Positions 38,917-47,726 of a DNA stretch of 64,000 nucleotides are shown here, one piece after another (position 1 is the stretch's first letter; each line of letters opens with the position of its first letter). A program made the position numbers and the translations under genes. Where the stretch lies: positions 1 to 64,000 of the forward strand of contig CBDDUX010000026.1 of NCBI GenBank assembly GCA_965234725.1, in the 5' to 3' direction. Below the pieces are notes generated by a model. It saw only the letters and a program-made list of their open reading frames with translations. It made no database searches and was not told the DNA's origin. The stretch comes from Thermoplasmatota archaeon. GTDB lineage: Archaea > Thermoplasmatota > Penumbrarchaeia > Penumbrarchaeales > Penumbrarchaeaceae.

Positions 38917-39919
38917 ATCGGTCCTTGTCACACTTGCGAATGTTAATTTCCTTGAACAGGCCAAACAGCTCTTTTCCAGTGCATATCACAATTCCGGTTG
39001 GAACGGAGATTTTCTTCTTCTCTCATACGATATTCCGGAAGACAAGCTTCTCTGGTTTAAAAAGTACGGAATCGAGGTGTTCCAATGTAAACCCATTGTG
39101 CAGGATAAGATAGGTATTTGGCATCCATCCGTAATGTCCAAATTCCATCTCTTCACAGAGATGGTAACAAAATGGGACCGAGTCGTTTTTCTCGATGCCG
39201 ATGTCACCGTGGAAGCATTCCTCGGTGAGCTCGGGTCACCAGAGTCCTTCCATGCCGTTGAAGATGTTCATCATATTCCTGTAAGGAATCAATTCATCGA
39301 AAGGAGATCTGTTTCAGGAGATCCGAAAAAAAGGGAATTGATTACGAGGTTGGAACGGGATTTTGATATGGACCTGCTGTCTTTCAACTCCGGTATCTTT
39401 TCATTTTCCACCAATGTGATAAAGGATGATACGTTCCAAGTCCTTGTGGAACTTTTCAGGGAATATCGTACTGTATTGAGATTCCCCGAGCAGGCAATAT
39501 TGAACCTTTATTTCTCAGGAAATTGGTCTCAACTTCCCCTGGTCTATAATAATTATTATACCAGGATCAGACGTCCATGGAGATTCGGTACAGAGATTTT
39601 CAACGGGATATGCAACCATTTCATTTTTGAGAAACCCTGGATAGTCAAGGACGAGTATTTCTATTCCAAATGGAAGAAAAACCTGGAGATGTCTTCTTCG
39701 ATTGACCTTGGAAAAAGGAAGACTCCTGCCAGAATCTGGACCGAAGAGGAAATATTATATAAAACAAAAATGATAGAAAAACTGATGGTCCAGAGGCCAT
39801 TGATGACCCGGATCGGTAATGGTGTGTTGATGAGTCTGGAAAGAGCTGCAGGTCTGGCGGGAAAGGTAGTTGAAAATGCTACACCGACCCTGTATGAAAG
39901 GATTAAAAGAGGAAGTTGA
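38909..39919 (+). CDS. Family 8-like glycosyltransferase (paralog 1)
   Basis: KF.LF, FLDAD, FNSG, EQAILN, LP..YN and NH....KPW. Confidence 0.85.
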   Translation: MHKSVLVTLANVNFLEQAKQLFSSAYHNSGWNGDFLLLSYDIPEDKLLWFKKYGIEVFQCKPIVQDKIGIWHPSVMSKFHLFTEMVTKWDRVVFLDADVTVEAFLGELGSPESFHAVEDVHHIPVRNQFIERRSVSGDPKKRELITRLERDFDMDLLSFNSGIFSFSTNVIKDDTFQVLVELFREYRTVLRFPEQAILNLYFSGNWSQLPLVYNNYYTRIRRPWRFGTEIFNGICNHFIFEKPWIVKDEYFYSKWKKNLEMSSSIDLGKRKTPARIWTEEEILYKTKMIEKLMVQRPLMTRIGNGVLMSLERAAGLAGKVVENATPTLYERIKRGS

Positions 39920-39933
39920 TCGGGCGATGTTAA

Positions 39934-40953
39934 ATGGCAGGTAATCTAGTTGTAACTCTTGCTGACGGCAATTACTTCGACCAGGCAAGACAGCTTCTCT
40001 CATCCGTCTATCACAATTCCGGATGGAGGGGTGATTATATGGTCCTCGCCAAACATATGGAGATAGAACAGATAAAATGGTTCAATGAGAAGGGCATAAT
40101 CGTAAAGGAGATAGAGGATATAGGAAAATGGGAACTTCCGAACCATCCGAGAACCGTTCTTGCTAAATTTCATCTATTCAATGATGACATGGACAGTTGG
40201 AAAAGGATAATCTATCTGGACGCAGATATAACTGTAACCGCGAGTCTAGATCATTTACTGGATCTCAGGGGTTTTTGGGCTGCTGTGGATTTCCATGAAA
40301 TGAAGCTCAAGGGACAATTTAAGATCTCCGGGGAGGATGATTTTGGAGATAAGGAAAAGAGGACCCATGACCTCTTGTCTTCTCAATACGATCTTGATAG
40401 GGTTTCCTTCAATTCGGGAGTAATGGCATTTGATGGAAGTATGACCGGGCAGGAGCAATATGATCGCCTGATCGAACTCTATCATGAATACGAATCCATA
40501 ACCCTTCATGACCAGAGCATTCTCAATCTTCTTTTCTACGAACGATGGAACAGACTTCCACTGGCTTTCAACAATTACTTTCTATATGGCAGGAAATCAG
40601 GATCGATACGGTTTGTTAAATGTGACGGAATAGTAAATCACTACATCCTTGACAGAGTTTGGAAGACAGAAAGCAGGGATCACTTCCCCGTCTGGAAGAG
40701 GAATCTGGATATGAGTGAGGGTATCAATTTGGAGAGAAGACCACCCCCTGCGGATGTTTGGGATGAGCTCAGGATCAAGGACGTCTCAGACAAATTGGAA
40801 AGTAGCACAATAAGGAATGAAACCATCACTGGAAAGCTGCTTATGGCAGGCACTGCATTAGATCGGGTTATAGGAAGAATGGGTCTGATGATCAAGAAGA
40901 GGAATCCAAAACTCTACAGAATGATCCATGGAGAGGAGACCGGTGATCAGTGA
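39934..40953 (+). CDS. Family 8-like glycosyltransferase (paralog 2)
   Basis: YLDAD, FNSGV, DQSILN and LP..FN; colinear with the preceding gene. Confidence 0.85.
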   Translation: MAGNLVVTLADGNYFDQARQLLSSVYHNSGWRGDYMVLAKHMEIEQIKWFNEKGIIVKEIEDIGKWELPNHPRTVLAKFHLFNDDMDSWKRIIYLDADITVTASLDHLLDLRGFWAAVDFHEMKLKGQFKISGEDDFGDKEKRTHDLLSSQYDLDRVSFNSGVMAFDGSMTGQEQYDRLIELYHEYESITLHDQSILNLLFYERWNRLPLAFNNYFLYGRKSGSIRFVKCDGIVNHYILDRVWKTESRDHFPVWKRNLDMSEGINLERRPPPADVWDELRIKDVSDKLESSTIRNETITGKLLMAGTALDRVIGRMGLMIKKRNPKLYRMIHGEETGDQ

Positions 40954-41062
40954 TTATCTACGCAGGACCGTATTCAAACTTACTGAGTCCAGTTATTCAA
41001 AAAATTTTTCAATTGTCTGAAAACATCAGCAGTATTAAATATCCTTCCCTCGGTGAACTTCC

Positions 41063-41821
41063 GTGAAGAATGTTCGATTATTCATGGAACAGAGTATGAC
41101 CTTGGCAGTCATGGGATTCAAACTCAGAAATGAAGGAAGTTATCTCGGGATCATATGGTATCTTCTTAACCCTCTTCTGATGTTCCTTCTTCTCCTTGTG
41201 ATCTTCTCCAACAATATTGGAGGGGACATCGAACAATATCCGATTTATCTGCTTACCGGTATAATTATGGTGAATTTTTTCCTTGCAGCAACCTCTGAAT
41301 CAACAAAGATAATAAGAGCAAACAAGGGAACTATAAGGTCCATACATTACAATCGGGAATCGCTTATCGGATCCATAGTCCTTGTCGCGATATTTTCACA
41401 TCTTTTCGAGCTCGTCATGTTGGCTATTGTCATGTTGGTGTTCGGGATCTCACCTTGGGGTGCCGCCATCTATCTGCTCGTCCTTCTGGTTTTCAGTCTT
41501 TTTACCCTGGGTGTTTGCTTGATCCTTTCATCCATTGCCGTATATTTCATGGACCTTGACAATATATGGTCATTTGCATCAAAGTTGCTCTGGTTCGCGA
41601 CGCCTATCTTCTATTCCACATCCGGTAAAGATGGTTTGAGTGTTGTGATATTGTTCAATCCGCTTTACCATTTTCTTACCATTGCCAGGAGCTTAATTAT
41701 TTACCATGAGACACCCTCTTTGTTACTGGTTGCGGGGGCCCTCGGATCAACTGCTGTAATATTGCCGATAGGTCTGCTCCTTTTCGGTAGGTTCCAGAAG
41801 AAATTCGCGGAGATGATCTAA
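41063..41821 (+). CDS. wzm: Polysaccharide ABC exporter permease (Wzm/TagG-like)
   Basis: FK.R..GSYLG..W.LLNPL, D....W......L.FATPIFY and FNPL motifs. Confidence 0.88.
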   Translation: MKNVRLFMEQSMTLAVMGFKLRNEGSYLGIIWYLLNPLLMFLLLLVIFSNNIGGDIEQYPIYLLTGIIMVNFFLAATSESTKIIRANKGTIRSIHYNRESLIGSIVLVAIFSHLFELVMLAIVMLVFGISPWGAAIYLLVLLVFSLFTLGVCLILSSIAVYFMDLDNIWSFASKLLWFATPIFYSTSGKDGLSVVILFNPLYHFLTIARSLIIYHETPSLLLVAGALGSTAVILPIGLLLFGRFQKKFAEMI

Positions 41822-42555
41822 TGGTATACATTGAAACCCGGGACCTGAAAAAGGATTTTAAAATAGGTTTCTTGAAGAATCGGGGTGCTCTTTCGAGGAC
41901 GCTATCTATATTTTCCGGTAAGGAACCGACGAAAAAGCTCAGGGTCCTGGATGGTATATCCTTCAGATTGGAAGGGGGTGAGATTATGGGGATCATCGGA
42001 AAGAACGGGGCCGGTAAGAGTACGTTCATAAGGGTCCTTTCAGGTATCTATCCCAGAACAGGCGGGGAAATTGAGGTTGACGGAAACATTGTTCCGATCG
42101 TGGGTCTGGGATATGGTTTTCAGGACAGGCTTTCCATGAGGGACAATGTATTCCTTACCTGCTCACTTCTCGGATTGAGAAGAAATGAGATCCGGCAGAA
42201 GTTCTCTTCGATCGTGGAGTTTGCCGAACTCCAGGATTTCGTGATAACAAAACTCTATCAGTTCTCAGATGGAATGAAGCATCGTCTCGCATTCTCCGTT
42301 GCGATCCACTGTATGCCGGACCTGTTGCTCTTGGATGAAGTATTCGAGATCGGAGACCAGGGATTCAGGGCAAAATCATCGAAGAAGATAAAGGAACTTG
42401 CCCGAAATGGGTCAGGTGTAATTTTGGTGAGCCATGAGTTAAAGATGATAGAGAAGCACTGCAGGAAAGTTCTGTGGCTGGAGAAGGGGAAGGTCAAGAT
42501 GATGGGGGAGACCAAAGAAGTTTTAAAACTCTATCGTGAGGCTTTCCCATCTTGA
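41821..42555 (+). CDS. wzt: Polysaccharide ABC exporter ATPase (Wzt/TagH-like, no C-terminal carbohydrate-binding domain)
   Basis: GKNGAGKST, IVEFAEL..F, FSDGM..RLAFS, LLLDEV..IGD..F and LVSH. Confidence 0.9.
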   Translation: MVYIETRDLKKDFKIGFLKNRGALSRTLSIFSGKEPTKKLRVLDGISFRLEGGEIMGIIGKNGAGKSTFIRVLSGIYPRTGGEIEVDGNIVPIVGLGYGFQDRLSMRDNVFLTCSLLGLRRNEIRQKFSSIVEFAELQDFVITKLYQFSDGMKHRLAFSVAIHCMPDLLLLDEVFEIGDQGFRAKSSKKIKELARNGSGVILVSHELKMIEKHCRKVLWLEKGKVKMMGETKEVLKLYREAFPS

Positions 42556-43640
42556 ATAGCATTTTCGATGATATTTCTGATCTTTATTATATATCTGGAT
42601 GTATCGAACTCGCTTGCTCGTCTGATACATTCATCTTTGAATTCTTCCGGGTGTTCCCCGATCTCCTTTACCGCGCTAGATAACTTTTGGGCATCAATAT
42701 CGTTTATCAATCTTCCTGTGATTCCATCGATTATGCTTTCTTTGTATCCCCCTTCATTTGGTGCTATCACAGGCTTTCCGGAAGCCATGGCCTCCACCGG
42801 TGTCATACCAAAATCCTCATCCTTAGATGTGGTGATAAACCCTTTGCAGTTCGAATATAGATCTAAAAGCTCATTCTGTGGGACCCATTTGAGTATCTCA
42901 ACATTATCTGGTTTCAAACCCTCGATATAATTCGCATACTGCTGGAAATGTTTTGATTTCTCGTAGCATCCCACAACGATCAGTTTTTCCTCTGGCATCT
43001 TTGAGAATGACTTCATCTGGATATCAACTCTCTTGTGACTTATCAAACGGTTGACGGAAAGCCAGTAATCTCCGCAGCTCTTGTAGCTGAACCTGGATGT
43101 TTCGATAGGGGGATAGATCACTTCCCCCTCCCGTCCCAGATATCTTTTCAGTCTGGAGCAGGTATTTTTTGAATTGCATGCCAGATTCTGGACATGTTTA
43201 AAATATTTCCTATTTAGATGTCTGTTGAGATTGACCCAGAGATCGAATACCGGACGTTGCAGGGGGTGAATATTGTTCTGCCTGGTGTACTCGTAAAGAT
43301 CCCAGATCTCCCTTATCGGCGAATGGACGTACCATAGGTTGGGTTTATTCTTTACAGCTCCGGACATTGCCCAATCCCCGTCCATTATGTAAAAATCGTA
43401 TTTATCCTTGAGATCGAGCCTTCTGAACCGGAGTAATGCCATTTGCTGTCTGAAGGGAGCGTTAATCGGTACCTTCCCTATGGATATCATGTTCAGATCC
43501 TTGAATCCCATTTTTTCTATCTTTTCAATGTCGATATTGGTGGAATAGAAATCAGCTTTCAGCTCTCTAGAAAGTGTAAGTCCCACCACCTCCGCACCAC
43601 CTATATTATCCATGTAATTATGAAAAATTGCAACTTTCAT
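42531..43640 (-). CDS. Family 4 (GT-B) glycosyltransferase
   Basis: GGAE.V, YVHSP.R..WD, VIYPP, RL...KR.D and EDFGMTPVEAMASGKPVI. Confidence 0.92.
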   Translation of the reverse strand: MKVAIFHNYMDNIGGAEVVGLTLSRELKADFYSTNIDIEKIEKMGFKDLNMISIGKVPINAPFRQQMALLRFRRLDLKDKYDFYIMDGDWAMSGAVKNKPNLWYVHSPIREIWDLYEYTRQNNIHPLQRPVFDLWVNLNRHLNRKYFKHVQNLACNSKNTCSRLKRYLGREGEVIYPPIETSRFSYKSCGDYWLSVNRLISHKRVDIQMKSFSKMPEEKLIVVGCYEKSKHFQQYANYIEGLKPDNVEILKWVPQNELLDLYSNCKGFITTSKDEDFGMTPVEAMASGKPVIAPNEGGYKESIIDGITGRLINDIDAQKLSSAVKEIGEHPEEFKDECIRRASEFDTSRYIIKIRNIIENAIQDGKASR

Positions 43641-43908
43641 CAGAACTCACCCAGATCGATCTATGCCAGAGGGCAGATTACACCGATATCGATGGAATGT
43701 TGAGCCAGATAATTAATCTATTCCATGGAAATTTTCAAATACTATCCATTCTGAGTATGTAGTTGATGATCATCAATTACATAATCAGTGGAAATTTCCT
43801 TAAAAAGGTTAGATATATTTTTATAAATATCTCGACTTCTTCTGGTATTATTAATCCAGAGAACGGCTATCAATTACAGCCCTCATACCAGGCGAATGGG
43901 AAGATATC

Positions 43909-44772
43909 ATGAAAGGTGTGGAAGTCCCCAAAATATCGGTGATCATTCCGGTCAGGAATCGTGAAATAAAACTCTCAAGATGTCTTGAAAGTGTCCTTGA
44001 TCAAACCTTCGGCGATTATGAGGTGATAGTTGTCGATAACGCTTCAACAGACGGAACAAGATCAGTAATAGAAAAGTTCGCTAGAAAGGATCCTAAAGTG
44101 AAATATGTATACGAATCGGTTCTCGGTATTGGCAGCGCTAGGTACAAGGGAGAAATATCATCCAAAGGAGAAGTCATTCTAATGACCGACAGTGACTGTG
44201 AAGTCCCTCCTGATTGGATAGAGCGGATGTCAGCACCTGTACTTGGAGGGAAAATTCCAGCAGTGCAAGGGTTGAAGCATGCGATAGGCAATCATTATTG
44301 GCCTCTGCAGGTGGAACAGGATGAACATAGATTTATGCGGTCATTCTTTGAGCGCACCGGGACTAGTACGGTAGATACCGCTAATTTCTGTATTGACAGA
44401 AAGGTTCTCGAAAAGGTTGGATATACGGATAAAACCATCAATAACCTTAACGACACAGAGCTGGCTGCAAGGCTAATTCAAAATGGATACACGATCGCAC
44501 TCTTGGAGACAAGTGTTGGCCATCACTATCCAATTTCGCCGTTTAAACTTGCGAGAATTCCATTCCATAGAGGGTCTGTTCATTCAATTTTAAGTAGAAG
44601 GTACCCCGGGAATCCCTTATTCGGGAAGCAGACATTCAAACTTTTTTTCGATTATCTCCTCGGTCTGATATCCGAGGTTTTTAAAATGGAAAAGACTTTT
44701 CCCTATGATCTGGTTACTGGAATATCGTGGAGGTTAGGACTTCTATGGGGATACCTAAGAAAACCAAGGTGA
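43909..44772 (+). CDS. Family 2 glycosyltransferase
   Basis: ISVIIPVRN, VVDNASTD and TDSDCEVP.DW. Confidence 0.9.
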   Translation: MKGVEVPKISVIIPVRNREIKLSRCLESVLDQTFGDYEVIVVDNASTDGTRSVIEKFARKDPKVKYVYESVLGIGSARYKGEISSKGEVILMTDSDCEVPPDWIERMSAPVLGGKIPAVQGLKHAIGNHYWPLQVEQDEHRFMRSFFERTGTSTVDTANFCIDRKVLEKVGYTDKTINNLNDTELAARLIQNGYTIALLETSVGHHYPISPFKLARIPFHRGSVHSILSRRYPGNPLFGKQTFKLFFDYLLGLISEVFKMEKTFPYDLVTGISWRLGLLWGYLRKPR

Positions 44773-45665
44773 AGGTGTCCGTCGTGATATCTGTTTGGAA
44801 TAGTGCAAAGACGATTGAGCGATGTCTTACAAGCATTCTCCATCAATCATTCTCTGATTTTGAAATATTGGTCATCGACGGCAATTCAACTGACGAGACA
44901 AAAAAGATCATTGATGAAATCCGGAAAAAATCTCCGAAGGTTCGGTATTTCCACGAGGAATTTCCTTCTAAAGCCGCTTCATTCAACCGAGGTATTATGG
45001 AATCTGAAGCAGAATTAATAATGATTACAAATGCTGATTGCGAGGTTCCAAGAGATTGGATTTCAAGAATGATGAAACCATTAACTGCAGGGGAAGATAT
45101 TGTCCAGGGTGGAAAAAATTTAGCTTCTAAGGGATTCTGGTCAAGAATGCAACAAAAATCCGATGAAAGGTTCGTTGCGGATAATTCAAGCGATAATTAT
45201 TCTTTCAACATTGATATGGAAAACATCGCTTTCAGAAGGAGCGTTCTCCTCGATGTTGGTTTATTCAACAGACATATCAGGAACTTGGAGAATTTTGATA
45301 TGAGACTTCGATTAATAAAATATGGTTATCGAATATATTTATTAGAAGATATCAGGGTCATTCACCATCAAAAGAGTAACTTTATAGAACTTTTAAAAAA
45401 GATGAGTAGAATGGGCAAATGGACATATTTCATATACTGGATGAACCGGGATGGCATTAGGACAAATGAAAAAAAATTGTTTAAATCACTCGGACTGTCA
45501 AGTTTCCCGTTTTTGATACCACGGACTCTTTTAATATTAATTCGCCATGGAATTTCGGCTTTCATCTATGAACTAATTTCAGGTACTGCATGGAGTATCG
45601 GCGTGCTTAGCGGATTCATCAGGAAAGAGCGTTTCCTCAAATCTATTAAGGCCAATTATTATTGA
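44727..45665 (+). CDS. Family 2 glycosyltransferase (DxD motif altered to NAD)
   Basis: VSVVISVWN, VIDGNSTD and TNADCEVP.DW; start codon uncertain. Confidence 0.85.
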   Translation: MEVRTSMGIPKKTKVKVSVVISVWNSAKTIERCLTSILHQSFSDFEILVIDGNSTDETKKIIDEIRKKSPKVRYFHEEFPSKAASFNRGIMESEAELIMITNADCEVPRDWISRMMKPLTAGEDIVQGGKNLASKGFWSRMQQKSDERFVADNSSDNYSFNIDMENIAFRRSVLLDVGLFNRHIRNLENFDMRLRLIKYGYRIYLLEDIRVIHHQKSNFIELLKKMSRMGKWTYFIYWMNRDGIRTNEKKLFKSLGLSSFPFLIPRTLLILIRHGISAFIYELISGTAWSIGVLSGFIRKERFLKSIKANYY

Positions 45666-45673
45666 GGTGTTAT

Positions 45674-46738
45674 ATGATTACATTCACGGAAGAAGTTCTG
45701 GAGAACTTAAGGCTCAATGAAAAAGAATTAAGCGAAAGAAAAACAACGCTTGATTCATACCCGATCAAGATATATGTTGAGCCCACACAGCGTTGCAACC
45801 TAGACTGCTGGATGTGCGACTGGGAAAGAAGAAGATTGAAAGAAGACATGGACATACAACTTTTTAATAAAATCGAGAAAGAGCTTTTCAGCCATGTAGC
45901 TGAAGTTGATTTCTTTCTCAACGGTGAACCTCTCCTTTCTAAAAACTTCCCGGAAATGATCAAATCCTCCCAGCGTTATTCGTTTTTACCAAAGATATTT
46001 ACAAATGGTTTGATGCTTGACGAGAAAAAGATGGATCTACTGGCAAGCAACGGTGTCTTTGTCAACATCTCCTTCGATGGGGCTACTGAAAGCATATATG
46101 ACAGTGTAAGGGGGAAAGGAAATTTTAGAAGGATCATCCCTAAAATTAAGCAATTATTAGAGATAGGTCGAGAGATCTCAAATGATCGGTTTCATGTAAG
46201 ATTGGCTGTGACCTTAGGTATCCATAACATACAGGAAGCGCCAAAAATAATCAGACTTGCCCGGGAGCTAGGGGTTGATGATGTCATGTTTGGTGCTCTC
46301 GATTATGGAATTTATTTTGAGCAGCATCTGACCTCGGATCCTGCAAAAACCGAATTCTTTTTGAAACTCGCTAAGAAAGAGGCAGATGATTCATCAATAA
46401 GGTTCTCGTGCCCGAGAAAGATTGGACCCGTTCTAATTAAAGATCATCATAATTGGGACGACTTCACATTGGACATAGATAAGTATGCCCCTTTTTCTCT
46501 TGAGGCGAATAATCCCTATGGTGGTCAATGTGGTTACCCCTGGGTAGAATCGGTTATCCGTTCTGACGGGAAGGTTGTAAGTTGCTGTCAGAAGCATCAT
46601 AATATGGGAGATATCACAAAAAACACTTTTCGGGAGATATGGAACAATAATGAATACATACGTCTCAGGAACCAAAATAATTACAACGTATGCCTTGGAG
46701 TCAATTGCAACATGACCAGGTACTCCATATGGAAATGA
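45674..46738 (+). CDS. Radical SAM protein with SPASM/twitch domain
   Basis: EPT.RCNLDCWMC, GEPLL, TNG, SFDG and C-terminal C.YPW....I..DG.V..CC......G......F.EIWN. ATG 45674 follows SD GAGGTG. Confidence 0.88.
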   Translation: MITFTEEVLENLRLNEKELSERKTTLDSYPIKIYVEPTQRCNLDCWMCDWERRRLKEDMDIQLFNKIEKELFSHVAEVDFFLNGEPLLSKNFPEMIKSSQRYSFLPKIFTNGLMLDEKKMDLLASNGVFVNISFDGATESIYDSVRGKGNFRRIIPKIKQLLEIGREISNDRFHVRLAVTLGIHNIQEAPKIIRLARELGVDDVMFGALDYGIYFEQHLTSDPAKTEFFLKLAKKEADDSSIRFSCPRKIGPVLIKDHHNWDDFTLDIDKYAPFSLEANNPYGGQCGYPWVESVIRSDGKVVSCCQKHHNMGDITKNTFREIWNNNEYIRLRNQNNYNVCLGVNCNMTRYSIWK

Positions 46739-46785
46739 TATTGGCAAGAGACGTAATAGGAAAATCTGAATTAATGTCCAAAAGA

Positions 46786-47535
46786 TTACCCCTCAGGAGG
46801 TCCTGAATACAGCTTACCAGAATCCGAAAGGGAGACCTTGACATATCTGCCCTTCTTGATCAATGATACATATCCCTCCTTTTCAAGGGACCTCAAAACC
46901 CTGCTGAGGTAGGCCCTCTTCCTGGCGAGATAGGCCCTCTTTGATTCTCCCTCCCGTATCTCGGTGAAGAAACCCTTCGATCCCTCCATTGGTTGTATGA
47001 GAGCGCCCTCGTGCCTTACACTTCCACCCAAGGACCCCAGGACCTTCAGAAGCTCCTGTCCTGCCGGACTGGGTCCGATTATCCTGACAGATGGTATCTC
47101 CATAACGGATGATACACCGATGGAGAGGACCTCCTGGTCATGGGGTATGGAATATTCCTCGGGTCTAACATAATAGGGATGTGATCCGGTCATGAAGCAT
47201 GATAGAAGGGCCGCTGAGGTGATTATCCTGTTACCCGTGGAGAGGTTGACATATACCTCGAACCCATCGGATATCAAACCATTGAACAGGGATGTCAACA
47301 TCCTGGAAGATGTGTAGAAATCGAATATGTCCAGTGTCATCTCCTCTATGTCAATGGTAGCCGAGACCTTTTCCTTTATCCTGTCCCCATTCCTTCTTGC
47401 CCTCTGCTCGATATCCGATCCCTCATTGCTTCCGTAGATCAGTATGGCCCTGTTGGTGGGAAAGAACTTCAAGCCCCCAAGGACCCTGTCTATCTCCAGA
47501 CCCATCGGTATGACGTGGACGGTTCTCTTCTCCAT
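46786..47535 (-). CDS. CARF/Csa3-like Rossmann domain + wHTH regulator (HFX_2341/DUF6293-like)
   Basis: VHVIPMG.E.DRV, VYVNLSTG.R....A, YYV.P..Y and C-terminal L..LE..GYV.....GR...V.L...G. ATG 47535 is preferred over the track's TTG 47640. Confidence 0.8.
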   Translation of the reverse strand: MEKRTVHVIPMGLEIDRVLGGLKFFPTNRAILIYGSNEGSDIEQRARRNGDRIKEKVSATIDIEEMTLDIFDFYTSSRMLTSLFNGLISDGFEVYVNLSTGNRIITSAALLSCFMTGSHPYYVRPEEYSIPHDQEVLSIGVSSVMEIPSVRIIGPSPAGQELLKVLGSLGGSVRHEGALIQPMEGSKGFFTEIREGESKRAYLARKRAYLSRVLRSLEKEGYVSLIKKGRYVKVSLSDSGKLYSGPPEG

Positions 47536-47536
47536 G

Positions 47537-47600
47537 CTATACGATATTGACGTATAGAGATATCTATTTTCGTATAGATCAAAAGTCAACTCATCTATAC
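47537..47600. promoter_or_regulatory. Operator-like inverted and direct repeats between the divergent regulator and pseudo-helicase genes
   Basis: CTATACG-N7-CGTATAG (47537-47557); a second CGTATAGA at 47571-47578; GTATAGAT/ATCTATAC inverted pair (47572-47579 / 47593-47600). Confidence 0.55.
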
Positions 47601-47726
47601 ACTCATGGAACCTCCGATACGTAGGACCATTTAAATCCAAACGCGACCATTCAAGCTTTTGCTGTCAGGGATGGGGGCAGCTACGGGGAAGGACCATCTC
47701 GTCTGTTTATCCGGGAATGATCTTGC

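Noticed and set aside
47536-47640. 35-codon N-terminal extension of the CARF-like regulator in the ORF track
   Set aside because: Family similarity starts at MEKRTVHVIP, and the extension coincides with the operator-like repeats.
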